Source: an uncultured Solirubrobacteraceae bacterium
Lineage (GTDB): Bacteria > Actinomycetota > Thermoleophilia > Solirubrobacterales > Solirubrobacteraceae
Direction of reading: 5' to 3'
DNA: 64,000 nucleotides
NCBI GenBank assembly: GCA_964588985.1
Contig: CAZPQW010000013.1
Location: 1-64,000, forward strand
The position numbers and the translations under genes are program-made. The notes below the pieces were generated by a model. It ran no database searches and was not told where the DNA came from. It was given only the letters and a program-made list of their open reading frames with translations. Below, piece after piece: positions 27,528-38,546 of the stretch (the first letter of the stretch is position 1; the number at the start of each line of letters is the position of its first letter).

Positions 27528-28919
27528 ATGGCCATAAGCGCGGTACCCACATCCAACGGCGCAGCTGGCGCCTCGGCGGGCGCGATCACGCCGCCGCACA
27601 ACCTCGACGCCGAGCAGTCCGTCCTCGGCGCGATCCTGCTGTCTGACCGCTCGCTGTACGCGCTGGTGATCGAAGAGGGGCTGCGCGCGGAAGACTTCTA
27701 CCGCGAGCGCCACGCGCTGATCTACGAGGCGATGCTCGCCCTCTACAACGAGAGCGAGCCGGTGGACGTGCTGACGGTCACCGACCGGCTGCGCCAGGCG
27801 GGCAAGCTCGAGGACGTAGGCGGAGCGGCCACCGTGGACGAGCTGACCGGCGTGGTGCCCGCGGCCGGGCACGCGCGCCGCTACGCACAGATCGTGCGCG
27901 AGAACGCGCTGCTGAGGCGCCTGCTGAAGACCTCTTACGAGATCCAGGAGAGCGTGCTCGGCCACGACGCGCCTCCGCGCGAGCTGGTGGAGCAGGCGGA
28001 GAAGGCGATGCTGGAGGTCGGGCGCGACGACCGCCAGCAGGACTTCCGCGCGATCGAGGAAGTGCTCCACGAGGAGCTCGACAAGATGCACCGGCTCTCG
28101 CTCGAGGGCACGTCGCTGACGGGCACCCCGTCCGGCTTCAAGGACCTCGACGAGATCACCGGCGGCTTCCAGCCGGGCAACCTGATCATCATCGCCGCGC
28201 GCCCCGCGATGGGCAAGAGCGCGCTCGTGTGCAACATCGCGGAGAACGCCTCCGTGGAGCACAAAAAGCCCGTCGCGCTGTTCTCGCTGGAGATGGCGGA
28301 GGCGGAGCTCGCACAGCGGTTCGTGGCCTCTCAGGCACGCATCAAGGGGGAGGAGCTGCGCAAGGGCCGCGTCTCCGAGCAGCGCTGGCCGAAGATCCTC
28401 AACGCCAGCCAGCGCCTCGCGGCGGCGCCGCTGTGGGTGGACGACTCGAGCGACGTGGGGATGCTCGAGATCCGCGCGAAGGCGAGGCGCCTGCACAGCC
28501 AGTGCGAGGGCGGCCTGGGCCTCATCATCATCGACTACCTGCAGCTGATGCGCACCGACAGCCGCTACGACAGCCGCGTGACCGCGGTGGGCGAGCTGAG
28601 CCGTGGGCTGAAGATCCTCGCGCGCGAGCTGGGGGTGCCGGTGATCGCGCTGTCGCAGCTCAGCCGCGCGGTCGAGACCCGCCCGGACAAGAAGCCGCAG
28701 CTGTCGGACCTGCGCGAGAGTGGAAACCTGGAGCAAGACTCCGACCTGGTGATGTTCATCTACCGCGACGAGTACTACAACGAGGACTCCGAGCGCCCCG
28801 GCGAGGCCGACCTGCTGATCGCGAAGCATCGGAACGGGGCGGTCGGGAAAGTCACGCTGACGTTCCAGAAGGAGTACCCGAAGTTCATGAACTACGCCGG
28901 CGAGCGCTACGAACAATGA
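27528..28919 (+). CDS. dnaB: Replicative DNA helicase (no intein)
   Basis: PPHNLDAEQSVLG, AARPAMGKS, IIDYLQL, LSQLSR, LSDLRESGNLEQD, IAKHRNG. Confidence 0.98.
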   Translation: MAISAVPTSNGAAGASAGAITPPHNLDAEQSVLGAILLSDRSLYALVIEEGLRAEDFYRERHALIYEAMLALYNESEPVDVLTVTDRLRQAGKLEDVGGAATVDELTGVVPAAGHARRYAQIVRENALLRRLLKTSYEIQESVLGHDAPPRELVEQAEKAMLEVGRDDRQQDFRAIEEVLHEELDKMHRLSLEGTSLTGTPSGFKDLDEITGGFQPGNLIIIAARPAMGKSALVCNIAENASVEHKKPVALFSLEMAEAELAQRFVASQARIKGEELRKGRVSEQRWPKILNASQRLAAAPLWVDDSSDVGMLEIRAKARRLHSQCEGGLGLIIIDYLQLMRTDSRYDSRVTAVGELSRGLKILARELGVPVIALSQLSRAVETRPDKKPQLSDLRESGNLEQDSDLVMFIYRDEYYNEDSERPGEADLLIAKHRNGAVGKVTLTFQKEYPKFMNYAGERYEQ

Positions 28920-29761
28920 GCGACGAGCGACCTGGATATCTCGGAGAAGACTTCCCCCAGATCCAGGATCTGCGTTTCAGGAAGCCGACGATCTCGGGCG
29001 CATGCGCTCTGGGCCTATGCGACGGGAGCGGCTTCCTAGTCGATGAGGAGACAAACACCGCCACAGACTGCGGCTGCCGCCAGGGAAGGATCGCTCGGCG
29101 CAGGACGGCTCGCCTAGAGGGACGACTTCCCAAGCGCTACGAGGGTGTCTCGTTTGACCGCCAGCCCCTCCCCGAGATCGAGCGACGAGCGACTTATCAA
29201 GTAAGCCAAGTGCGCAGCTATGTTCGGCAGATCCGCAAGAACCTCGATGGCGGCAAGGGGCTGTGGATCCAGGGCGACATCGGCACTGGCAAGACAACCC
29301 TGGCGATGCTTGTCTCAAAAGCTGCGCTTGAAGCGGATCGCTCAGTTGCGATTTACTCGCTCCCTCGGATGCTCAACCTCCTGCGCGAGTCGATGGACTC
29401 CGGAGGAAAGCTAGATCTGATCGACCGTTTGACGGAGGTTGACCTGCTCCACATCGATGATCTCGGGGCAGAGAACACAACGGACTGGGTACTCGAGCAA
29501 CTCTACTCGATCATCAACGCCCGCTATGAGGCTGAGCGAGCGATTATTGCGACGACAAACCTGATGCCAGACGAGCTCTCGGAGCGCCTAGGCGCTCGTA
29601 CTGTGTCGCGGCTCGTCGAGATCTGCGGCGACGTCTTGCCGCTCAACGGAAAAGACGACCGAAAAACGTACCCAGCGGACGAGAGCAAGTTCTCGCGATC
29701 GCCGGAGGACGCTCCAGGTCTTTATCTGCACGAGCACGGTTCGACGGCCGACCGTCCGTAA
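28916..29761 (+). CDS. DnaC/DnaI/IstB-family AAA+ ATPase (putative helicase loader)
   Basis: N-terminal CxxxxC...CxC; GDIGTGKT, LLHIDDLGAE, IINARY, TTN and RTVSRL; ATGA overlap with dnaB. Confidence 0.9.
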   Translation: MSDERPGYLGEDFPQIQDLRFRKPTISGACALGLCDGSGFLVDEETNTATDCGCRQGRIARRRTARLEGRLPKRYEGVSFDRQPLPEIERRATYQVSQVRSYVRQIRKNLDGGKGLWIQGDIGTGKTTLAMLVSKAALEADRSVAIYSLPRMLNLLRESMDSGGKLDLIDRLTEVDLLHIDDLGAENTTDWVLEQLYSIINARYEAERAIIATTNLMPDELSERLGARTVSRLVEICGDVLPLNGKDDRKTYPADESKFSRSPEDAPGLYLHEHGSTADRP

Positions 29762-31090
<1,329 letters not shown>

Positions 31091-31118
31091 GTTTCCGTTC
31101 CAGGCGTGGAGATGTGCC

Positions 31119-32570
31119 TCAGAACGGGGCTGGGGCATATGCCATGAGCTTTTCGATGCTCACTTGCCCATAGCCTGAACTCTCGGATTTTGAGCCGCCC
31201 ACTACTAGTGTGCAGCTAGTTTCAGAGTCGCATTTTGCCGTCCGGCGGGTCGTGTCGGCTCGATTCAGGCTGTGGAATTCGAACCCATGGTCGCTTTCCA
31301 AGCCGATCTCGAGACGAGGCCAGAGCCACCTTTCCTCGGACTGCATCTCAGATACCCACAAGCGGGTTAGGGCCGGTGGAATACGCAAAAAGGGCACGGG
31401 GTCTTCCTTGATCTGAGAGCAGGTGCGCGGCTTGCCCTTAAGCCCACCATCACCGTTCGACAATTCGACTCGAAGGAAGACGCTCGTGCCCGAGGTCGTA
31501 GTAACCGTGTACATATCTCCGCTACCCACAAGCACGTGCGCTGTCGCGCTCAGCAATCGCCCTGCTGCGGCTTCTTCAAGGGCAAAGCGACCTGGACCCC
31601 AGAGAAGAATGGCACCCGGCCCGTTAGGCGTGGCGACGGCCAAGCTTCGAAACATCCCGTCGCATGAGCCAGCGGCAGCCCACACGCCGGTATGCCCAAC
31701 CTCATGCGCTGGATTGATACACCCACCGAATATTTCACCAAGACCTCGACCTTTTCCGAACCACTGCGAATACATTTCGGTGCGCAGTTTCGCCGGGATC
31801 GTAGAGCCGAGATCGCTCTTCTCGCCCGGCGCACCACAGCCGGCTAGAAAAGACGCGCGCCGCGCAATCTCATCAGCAGTGGCATCGGCGCCTAGATCTT
31901 CCTTAGGAGTGAGATAGCCGATGATTGTGGGCCCCACCGATGGGCTGTTCGCGAACGCCACCGAGCATAGGGAGATCAGGATCCACAGCACCAAAACACT
32001 CAGATGATTTACGGGCGTCGTCCTCTGCAAGCGCCTGACCAACCACTCCAGCTCAAGGCGCATCGCCGAACTCCTGAGAACCCTAACGACGAGGCAGTGC
32101 TTGGCGTTCTCGCTGCCGCGCTCAAGCTTGAGAGTCTCGACGAGATAAGACACCAAGAGACTCTGAACAAGGATCGCGAAAAACAGGACGATGGCCGCGT
32201 CGAACTCCAGCACGCTCAAGCTGTGCGGGCTGGGCGCGCCTATTTCGAAGAATAGGAGCGGTCCCGTCATCAAGAAGCCGACGGCTATCAGACCCTCCAC
32301 CACCATAAGCCCGCACAAGACGCGATGGCGGGGCGAGGTCCACTGCCAATACTTCAGCTCAATGTGTGTCACAAAGCGAGCGGCAAAAAGAGTCGCCTGT
32401 ATCTCAAGAACGAGGGCCAAGACGCGCGCCACAACGCCCTCAGGAACATCCAGAGCAGCATGGGATACGCCGGCGATCACCAGGCTGGTGAGCGGTGCGA
32501 TTGCCATCCTCGCGAGCGATCGCACGAGCCCGCCCTCGGCGGGGTCCATCTCGGGCTCGTCCGGTGGCAC
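31119..32570 (-). CDS. Hypothetical membrane protein with Cys-containing extracytoplasmic domain
   Basis: 483-aa ORF; about 5 N-terminal TMs followed by a soluble domain; atypical codon usage. Confidence 0.7.
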   Translation of the reverse strand: MPPDEPEMDPAEGGLVRSLARMAIAPLTSLVIAGVSHAALDVPEGVVARVLALVLEIQATLFAARFVTHIELKYWQWTSPRHRVLCGLMVVEGLIAVGFLMTGPLLFFEIGAPSPHSLSVLEFDAAIVLFFAILVQSLLVSYLVETLKLERGSENAKHCLVVRVLRSSAMRLELEWLVRRLQRTTPVNHLSVLVLWILISLCSVAFANSPSVGPTIIGYLTPKEDLGADATADEIARRASFLAGCGAPGEKSDLGSTIPAKLRTEMYSQWFGKGRGLGEIFGGCINPAHEVGHTGVWAAAGSCDGMFRSLAVATPNGPGAILLWGPGRFALEEAAAGRLLSATAHVLVGSGDMYTVTTTSGTSVFLRVELSNGDGGLKGKPRTCSQIKEDPVPFLRIPPALTRLWVSEMQSEERWLWPRLEIGLESDHGFEFHSLNRADTTRRTAKCDSETSCTLVVGGSKSESSGYGQVSIEKLMAYAPAPF

Positions 32571-32642
32571 GCTCGATCAGCCTCCTTGTTCAGACTGGGG
32601 AGAACGATCGATGGCGGCAAATGCATAGGGGTTGAAGATCAT

Positions 32643-33020
32643 CTATGCACCCCTACTACGCGCCGACTCCTCTGCCTCTGTCATCACCGCTCGCTGCAGC
32701 TCCTTGCTGCGTTCTTCGATTGCTTCTTCCGTCAGCCTTGAAATGGCTTGAGAGACGTTGGTTGTAGCTCTCAGCAGTTGCCAGATCTCCTCTCCGACGG
32801 TCAGTCTGTATGGACTGTGGCTGCGGCTTCGCAGCACCAGACCAGCTTCCTCGAGGACTCTCATGTGCTTACTGATCGTGCCGGAGCTCAGTTGCAACTC
32901 CGCAATCAGCTCCTTCTGGGTAGCTGGCTTCTTGTACAAGCGGAGTAGGATGCCTTGACGATCCTCATCGCTGCAAGCAGCGAGAATTTTGACGTCCGAC
33001 TGTGTCGCTAGATTCTTCAC
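32643..33020 (-). CDS. ArsR-like winged-HTH regulator
   Basis: DEDRQGILLRL...TQKELIAELQLSSGTISKHMRVLEEAGLV. Confidence 0.85.
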   Translation of the reverse strand: MKNLATQSDVKILAACSDEDRQGILLRLYKKPATQKELIAELQLSSGTISKHMRVLEEAGLVLRSRSHSPYRLTVGEEIWQLLRATTNVSQAISRLTEEAIEERSKELQRAVMTEAEESARSRGA

Positions 33021-33239
33021 GATGGGAAGAATTGCAGAATTGCGCCGAATTTACCAGCGCCGTTTCTGCATATCCAAATGTGCGAGCCTAAGTAGCTACC
33101 ACGCGTCGTGCATAATCAAATGATTTGCATGCCGCGAGGAGTTCGGGTCCGTGGCAAGACCCGGCTGACGCGAGATCGCTGCCCTCAAGCGCAACGCCAA
33201 GGCCTACGGGAAACCCGGGTCGGCTGTCGCGAAAACGAG

Positions 33240-33312
33240 TGGGCCGTGCAGGAATCGAACCTGCAACCTTGGGCTTAAGAGGCCCCTGCTCTGCCGGTTG
33301 AGCTAACGGCCC
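33240..33312 (-). tRNA. tRNA-Lys (anticodon CTT)
   Basis: Reverse complement GGGCCGTTAGCTCAACCGGCAGAGCAGGGGC-CTCTTAA-GCCCAAGGTTGCAGGTTCGATTCCTGCACGGCCCA. Confidence 0.96.
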
Positions 33313-33378
33313 GAGAGCGTGCCGACGAGACAGCCGGCTCGCGTCGATTCTACCCAAGCTGGGGCTTGGCCAGCACCC

Positions 33379-34254
33379 TCAGAAGACGATCGTGCGTCGA
33401 CCGTCCACGATCACGCGGTCGTCCAGGTGCAGGGCGACCGCCCGCGCGAGCACCAGGCGCTCCACGTCGCGGCCCACGCGCTCGAGGTCGTGGACCGTCT
33501 GCTGGTGGTCGACGCGCACCACGTCCTGGTCGATGATCGGCCCGTCGTCGAGCTCCTCCGTGACGTAGTGGGCGGTCGCGCCGATCAGCTTCACGCCGCG
33601 CTCGCGCGCCCTGCGGTAGGGGTCGGCGCCCGCGAACGCGGGCAGGAACGAGTGGTGGATGTTGATCGCGGGCATGCGGGCGCGGGCGAGGAAGTCGCCG
33701 CTGAGCACCTGCATATAGCGCGCGAGGACCAGCAACTCGGCATTGCCCGCCAACAGCTCGAGCATCCGCGCCTCCGCCTGCGCCTTGCGGCCCTCCTCGA
33801 CCGGCACGTGGTGGAATGGGACGCCCACCGCCGCGCACTCGGGCTCGAGGTCGGGGTGGTTCGAGATCACCGCCACGATCTCCGCGTCGAGCTCGCCGCG
33901 GCGCCAGCGCCACAGGAGGTCCTGTAGGCAGTGGTCGCGGCGCGAGACGAGAATCGCCATCCGCTGGCGCTCGCCCCACCAGCGGATCTCGCGGTCCATC
34001 TCGAAACGGCCCGCCACCTCCGCGTCGAAGCTCTCCATGAAGCCGCCTCGGTCGAGCTCCCCGTCGAGGAAAAACTCGGTGCGCAGGAAGAAGCGGCCGC
34101 CCGTGGGGTCGGAGGAGTACTGGTGCGAGGAGACGATGTTCGCGCCGCGCTCGAACAGGAAACCGGACACCGCCGCCACGATTCCCGGCCGGTCAGCGCA
34201 GCCCACGAGCAGGCGGGCGGTGTAGCGAGGCGTGTCCTTCGACGAGCGCTCCAT
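33379..34254 (-). CDS. purU: Formyltetrahydrofolate deformylase
   Basis: ACT domain [12 protein letters not shown]; [32 protein letters not shown]. Confidence 0.97.
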   Translation of the reverse strand: MERSSKDTPRYTARLLVGCADRPGIVAAVSGFLFERGANIVSSHQYSSDPTGGRFFLRTEFFLDGELDRGGFMESFDAEVAGRFEMDREIRWWGERQRMAILVSRRDHCLQDLLWRWRRGELDAEIVAVISNHPDLEPECAAVGVPFHHVPVEEGRKAQAEARMLELLAGNAELLVLARYMQVLSGDFLARARMPAINIHHSFLPAFAGADPYRRARERGVKLIGATAHYVTEELDDGPIIDQDVVRVDHQQTVHDLERVGRDVERLVLARAVALHLDDRVIVDGRRTIVF

Positions 34255-34269
34255 GCGAGTGCCCTGGGG

Positions 34270-35049
34270 CTATTTTTTCGTGGTGCCTTTGGTGCTCGTC
34301 GTTTTCGACGTCGTCGGAACGAGTTTGGCTTCCTTGACTTCGCCTTTGGAGTTCAGTTTGCCTTCGTAGGTTTTGCCGTTCGTCTTCGTCGTGACGACCT
34401 TTTCGCCCGACGGGTTGGTCTTGTATTCGGAGAGTTCGCGCTTCAGGCGCGTGCGCGAGTTGGCCGGGGCGAGGCTCACCGCCTTCGCGGCGGACAGGTC
34501 GCCGAGGCGGGTGTTGCTCGCTTTGTACGCGTAGATCGCGAGCTGCGCGTAGTACGCGGCGGTCGGACGAGCCGCGACCACGATCTGCAGGACTTCCACG
34601 GCCTTCGACGGTTCGTTCAGCCCCGTTTCCCCGTACACCGTGAACATCAGCTGCGCGAGTTCCGCGTTCGGCTTCGGCGGGTTCAGCGCGATGTAGCTGT
34701 TCCACGCCTGCGACGCGCGTTTGTAGAGCACCTGGCCCTTGCTCGTCACGAGCCCGGTGTTCGTCGTGAATTCTTCGCCGCCCGCTTCGTGGAGCAGGTT
34801 CTTCGTCAGGCCTTCCCACCCGCTCGCCTGGCGCGGGTGCAGCTTCGTGAGCTTTTCGTACTTCTTGATCTGGTTGGCGAAGCTCGCGGCGTTGGAGCCT
34901 TCGTTGCTCGTCGCCGCGTTGAACAGCCCGCCGCCGCCGAAGCTGCCCACGCCGAAGCCGACCAGGCCGACGCCCATCAGCAGCGCCAGGCCGGTGTAGA
35001 TCACGCGGACCATGCGACGACGGCCGCGACCTCTCAGGTCGAACAGCAT
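34270..35049 (-). CDS. Membrane-anchored TPR-like hypothetical protein
   Basis: MLFDLRGRGRRR followed by a TM; Ala/Tyr-rich helical repeats; start overlaps the tatC stop. Confidence 0.75.
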   Translation of the reverse strand: MLFDLRGRGRRRMVRVIYTGLALLMGVGLVGFGVGSFGGGGLFNAATSNEGSNAASFANQIKKYEKLTKLHPRQASGWEGLTKNLLHEAGGEEFTTNTGLVTSKGQVLYKRASQAWNSYIALNPPKPNAELAQLMFTVYGETGLNEPSKAVEVLQIVVAARPTAAYYAQLAIYAYKASNTRLGDLSAAKAVSLAPANSRTRLKRELSEYKTNPSGEKVVTTKTNGKTYEGKLNSKGEVKEAKLVPTTSKTTSTKGTTKK

Positions 35050-36137
35050 CAGTCGGAGAGCCCTCTGTCCACGTGGTCGATTATCTGCTGCACGGTTGGT
35101 TGCGCTTGGTCAGGCGTTGATGGCGGCGGTCCCCCGGCCGACTCCCCGCCGCCATCGGCCCTGCGACTGGGGTCTTCCTGGACCTCGCCGCCGGCGGGCT
35201 TGATGAACGTAGCGATAAGAATACTCGCCTCATACAACACGTACAGCGGGACGGTCTCCAACACGAGCGTCACCGCGTCCCCCGGCAGGAACGCCGCCAC
35301 GCTCGCGCACGCCAAGAGCGCGTAGCGGCGACTGCGGCGCAGCTGGGTCGGAGTCACGAGACCGAGCCTCGTGGCGCCGAGGATCAACACGGGGACCTGG
35401 AAGACCAGGCCCATCGCGAGCAGCACCGTGGAGGCGAAGCTGTAGAAGGTGCTCGCCTGGACGAGCACGTTGAACTCGCTCGAGTTGAAGTTCACGAAGA
35501 AGCGCACCGCCGCCGGGAGCACCACGAAGTAGCCGAACAGCACGCCCGCCGCGAACAGGAACGGGACGGCCGTGAGCAGCGGTACCGCGGCGCGTCTCTC
35601 ATTCGGCTTGAGCGCCGGCAGGATGAAGCCGTAGAGCTCGTACAGGATCACCGGCAGCGAGAGGATCAGCGCGAAGTACAGCGTCACCGTGATCGTCGTC
35701 GTGAACGGCTCGCCCACGCCGAGCGTCACGGGCTTGTCGCCCACTGCGTTGCGCGGGATCTTCGCCACGTCGGCCTTCAGCGCTTCGAGCAGGGGGTGCA
35801 GCTGAGCGCGCGTGCTCGATGACAGGCCGCTGCCCGGTTGGGCGAGCAGGACCAGCGCGCCGCGGGTATCTTCCGCGACCTTCACCACGCCCTTCTGGGC
35901 GAGCACCGCCTGGCCGGTCGTGCCCTCGCCCTTTTCCACCTGCTTGCGGGTCTGGGACGTCAGCGGCTTGTTGATGATTTTCAACAGTGCGTGGTTCTGC
36001 CATAGGCAGAATCCGAACGCCACCGCGAGGACCGCGCCGCTGATCATCAGGCGCGTGCGTAGCTCGTCGAGGTGATCCACGAGGGAGAGACGCTCCTCGT
36101 GTCCGACCGTACGGATCGCGCTGACCATGGGCCTCAT
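35049..36137 (-). CDS. tatC: Twin-arginine translocase subunit TatC
   Basis: LSLVDHLDELRTRL, FILPALKPNER, FGYFVVLP, GLVFQVP, LYEASI. Confidence 0.95.
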   Translation of the reverse strand: MRPMVSAIRTVGHEERLSLVDHLDELRTRLMISGAVLAVAFGFCLWQNHALLKIINKPLTSQTRKQVEKGEGTTGQAVLAQKGVVKVAEDTRGALVLLAQPGSGLSSSTRAQLHPLLEALKADVAKIPRNAVGDKPVTLGVGEPFTTTITVTLYFALILSLPVILYELYGFILPALKPNERRAAVPLLTAVPFLFAAGVLFGYFVVLPAAVRFFVNFNSSEFNVLVQASTFYSFASTVLLAMGLVFQVPVLILGATRLGLVTPTQLRRSRRYALLACASVAAFLPGDAVTLVLETVPLYVLYEASILIATFIKPAGGEVQEDPSRRADGGGESAGGPPPSTPDQAQPTVQQIIDHVDRGLSD

Positions 36138-36239
36138 GAACCTACCACCGCGCGTCTATGCGTCCATGCGGGCCGGGATGCCCGCGCGCGGCTCGGTAGT
36201 CGGCCGCGGGCACAACCGGTAGAGCGCGCCGCCACGGGG

Positions 36240-36268
36240 CTAAAGCCCGTTCGTTCGCGCGTCGATGA
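36240..36268 (+). promoter_or_regulatory. Sigma-28 (FliA/WhiG)-type promoter
   Basis: CTAAAG-N15-GTCGATGA, ending 15 nt before the ATG at 36284. Confidence 0.6.
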
Positions 36269-36283
36269 CGAACGGGAAGCAGC

Positions 36284-36688
36284 ATGGAAACCGACAAAGA
36301 CCCCAAAGCACAACACCCCCGGCAGCCGTCGGGCAAGGAGCAGCTGCACCTTGTCTACGGAGAGCACGCGAGTGCCGCCGAGAGCGTCTGCCCGCCCGAC
36401 CAGCTGCACCTCTGCTTTCACTGCTCCGGGGAGCTGGTCTACCCGCTCGACTGGTCCGAGGAAGGTCCTCGTCACTGGCGCATCATCCTGCGCTGCCCCG
36501 AGTGCGAGTCTCGCCGCGAGGGGGTGTTCGACCAGGCCTCCGTCGAACGTCTCGACGACGAGCTCGACCGCGGCTCGAGCGCTCTGCTGGGCGATCTCAG
36601 GCGCATGACGCACGCGAACATGTCAGAGGAAATCGAGTTCTTCATTCGCGCGCTCGACGCCGACCTGATCACCCCCACCGACTTCTGA
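36284..36688 (+). CDS. Zn-ribbon hypothetical protein
   Basis: CFHC...CPEC pairs followed by an acidic helical C-terminus. Confidence 0.8.
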   Translation: METDKDPKAQHPRQPSGKEQLHLVYGEHASAAESVCPPDQLHLCFHCSGELVYPLDWSEEGPRHWRIILRCPECESRREGVFDQASVERLDDELDRGSSALLGDLRRMTHANMSEEIEFFIRALDADLITPTDF

Positions 36689-36704
36689 CGTCCCAGCGCT
36701 CGCT

Positions 36705-37745
36705 TCAGCGGTAGCGCTCGACGACCGCGTCGGCGACCAGCTCCAGCAACGCCGACCGCCCGTCCGGGAGCACCTCCGGGAGCGCCGCCTTGGCGGTCGC
36801 GACCACCGCGAGCGCCTGCTCTCTCGCCTCGTCCAGCGCGCCCGTCGCGGCGATCCGCTCGCACAGCGCCTCGGCCTCGACCGGCCCGTCGAGCGCGGTC
36901 AGGTCGAGCGCGGCGAGGTCGGGCTCGCGTTCGCGCGCGAGGATGAACGGCAGCGTGACCGTCCCGTCGAGCAGGTCGGTTCCGCGCGACTTGCCCGTCC
37001 GCTCCACCGGCCCGGACACGTCGAGCACGTCGTCGAGCATCTGGAAGGCCAGCCCGATGCGGCGCGCGAACGCACCGAGCGCGTCGGCGAGCACGGCGGA
37101 GCCTTCCACGGCCGTGAGCGCGCCGAGCCTGCAGGCCGCCTCGAACAGCGCGGCGGTCTTCAGCTCGCAGCGCCGCAGGTAGCGCTCGACCGGCACGTGC
37201 GGCGCATAGGCGTCCTCGCGTTGGAGCAGCTCGCCTTCGGCCAGCGCCGAGCTCGCGTCGGAGAGCGCGTGCAGCTGGGCCGCATCCTCGTTGCGCGCGA
37301 GCTCCGCGAACGCCCGGGAGAACAGCAGGTCGCCGGTCGCCACCGCCACCCGGCGCCCGGCGTTCGCCGCCACCGTCGGATGTCCGCGCCTGAGTTGCGC
37401 GCCGTCGATCAGGTCGTCGTGCACGAGCGTCGCCGAGTGCACCAGCTCGACCGCCACCGCCGCGCGCACAAGGCGCTCCTCGCCGTCGGGAGTGTCCGGA
37501 GGACCGCCCGCCGACTCGGCCGCGAGCACGACCAGCAGCGGACGGAGCCGCTTGCCTCCCGCGAGCACCGTCGCGTTCGCGTGGCTCGCGAGCGGCGCGC
37601 CTGCCTGCGCGGTGACGCGCTCGAGGTGGCGCTCGGTGCGCTCCATCCGCTCCCGCAGCGCCTCACCGCCGCGGATCATGATCGCGTCGAGACCGTCGAT
37701 GCCCTCTTCGGCGGCGCTCGGCGCGCTGCTGTCCAGCGCGCTCAT
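36705..37745 (-). CDS. Polyprenyl diphosphate synthase (HepT/IspB-like)
   Basis: GGKRLRP, ELVHSATLVHDDLID...RRG, KTAALF, FQMLDDVLD, DLLDGTVTLP. Confidence 0.95.
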   Translation of the reverse strand: MSALDSSAPSAAEEGIDGLDAIMIRGGEALRERMERTERHLERVTAQAGAPLASHANATVLAGGKRLRPLLVVLAAESAGGPPDTPDGEERLVRAAVAVELVHSATLVHDDLIDGAQLRRGHPTVAANAGRRVAVATGDLLFSRAFAELARNEDAAQLHALSDASSALAEGELLQREDAYAPHVPVERYLRRCELKTAALFEAACRLGALTAVEGSAVLADALGAFARRIGLAFQMLDDVLDVSGPVERTGKSRGTDLLDGTVTLPFILAREREPDLAALDLTALDGPVEAEALCERIAATGALDEAREQALAVVATAKAALPEVLPDGRSALLELVADAVVERYR

Positions 37746-38539
37746 CACAGCGCCTCGCCCGGAACCGTCCCGGAGTGGATCGCAACGATCCCACCCGCCA
37801 GCAGCAGGTAGGTGATCTCCTCCAGGCCCGCCCGCTCCATCTCGCCCGCGAGCGCCGCCGGACCGGGGAAGCGTTTGACGGAGTTGGGCAGGTAGGTGTA
37901 CGCGTCGGCGATCGTCGAGTCCGCGTCCGTGCCGCGCATCCGCGCCGCGAGGCCGCCCGCCTCGCCCGCCACGCGGCCGAGCACGGGTACCACGCGGTCG
38001 AACCACACCCGATAGAAGATCGACAGCGGCGCGCGCGTGGGGGTGGTGATCTCCAGCACCACCACCCTGCCGCCCGGGCGCACCACGCGCGTCATCTCCG
38101 CGAGGCCGCGCCCCAGGTCGTCGAAGTTGCGGGCGCCGAAGCCCACGGTCGCCGCGTCGAACGACCCGTCCGTGTAGGGCAGCGCCATCGCGTCGGCCCA
38201 TTCGAAGCGCGGGCGCACACGCCCCGGATCCTGCTTGTCGGCCTTTGTACGCGCCCTGTCGAGCATGCCCTCGGCGAAGTCGCTGCCCACCACCTCGCCG
38301 TCCGGCCACACCCTGCGCGCGAGCTCGAGCGCGAGATCGCCCGTGCCCGTCGCCACGTCGAGCACGCGACTGCCGGGCCCCACGCGCGCCTGGTCGGCGG
38401 CGCGTTCGCGCCAGCGGTGGTGCAGGCCGGCGGTCATCGCGGTGTTCAGCGGGTCGTACACGCCCGCGATACGGTCGAACATCGCGCGGACCTGGCCCGC
38501 TTCGAGCTGCCCGGCGCCGTCTCGCAGACGAGCAGGCAC
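37745..38539 (-). CDS. menG: Demethylmenaquinone methyltransferase
   Basis: MFDRIAGVYD, VLDVATGTGDL, GFGARN, RVVRPGG, YTYLPNSV. Confidence 0.93.
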   Translation of the reverse strand: MPARLRDGAGQLEAGQVRAMFDRIAGVYDPLNTAMTAGLHHRWRERAADQARVGPGSRVLDVATGTGDLALELARRVWPDGEVVGSDFAEGMLDRARTKADKQDPGRVRPRFEWADAMALPYTDGSFDAATVGFGARNFDDLGRGLAEMTRVVRPGGRVVVLEITTPTRAPLSIFYRVWFDRVVPVLGRVAGEAGGLAARMRGTDADSTIADAYTYLPNSVKRFPGPAALAGEMERAGLEEITYLLLAGGIVAIHSGTVPGEAL

Positions 38540-38546
38540 GACCGGG

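Noticed and set aside
28916-29761. IS21 element (IstB)
   Set aside because: No IstA transposase, terminal inverted repeats or target duplication seen; gene is coupled to dnaB
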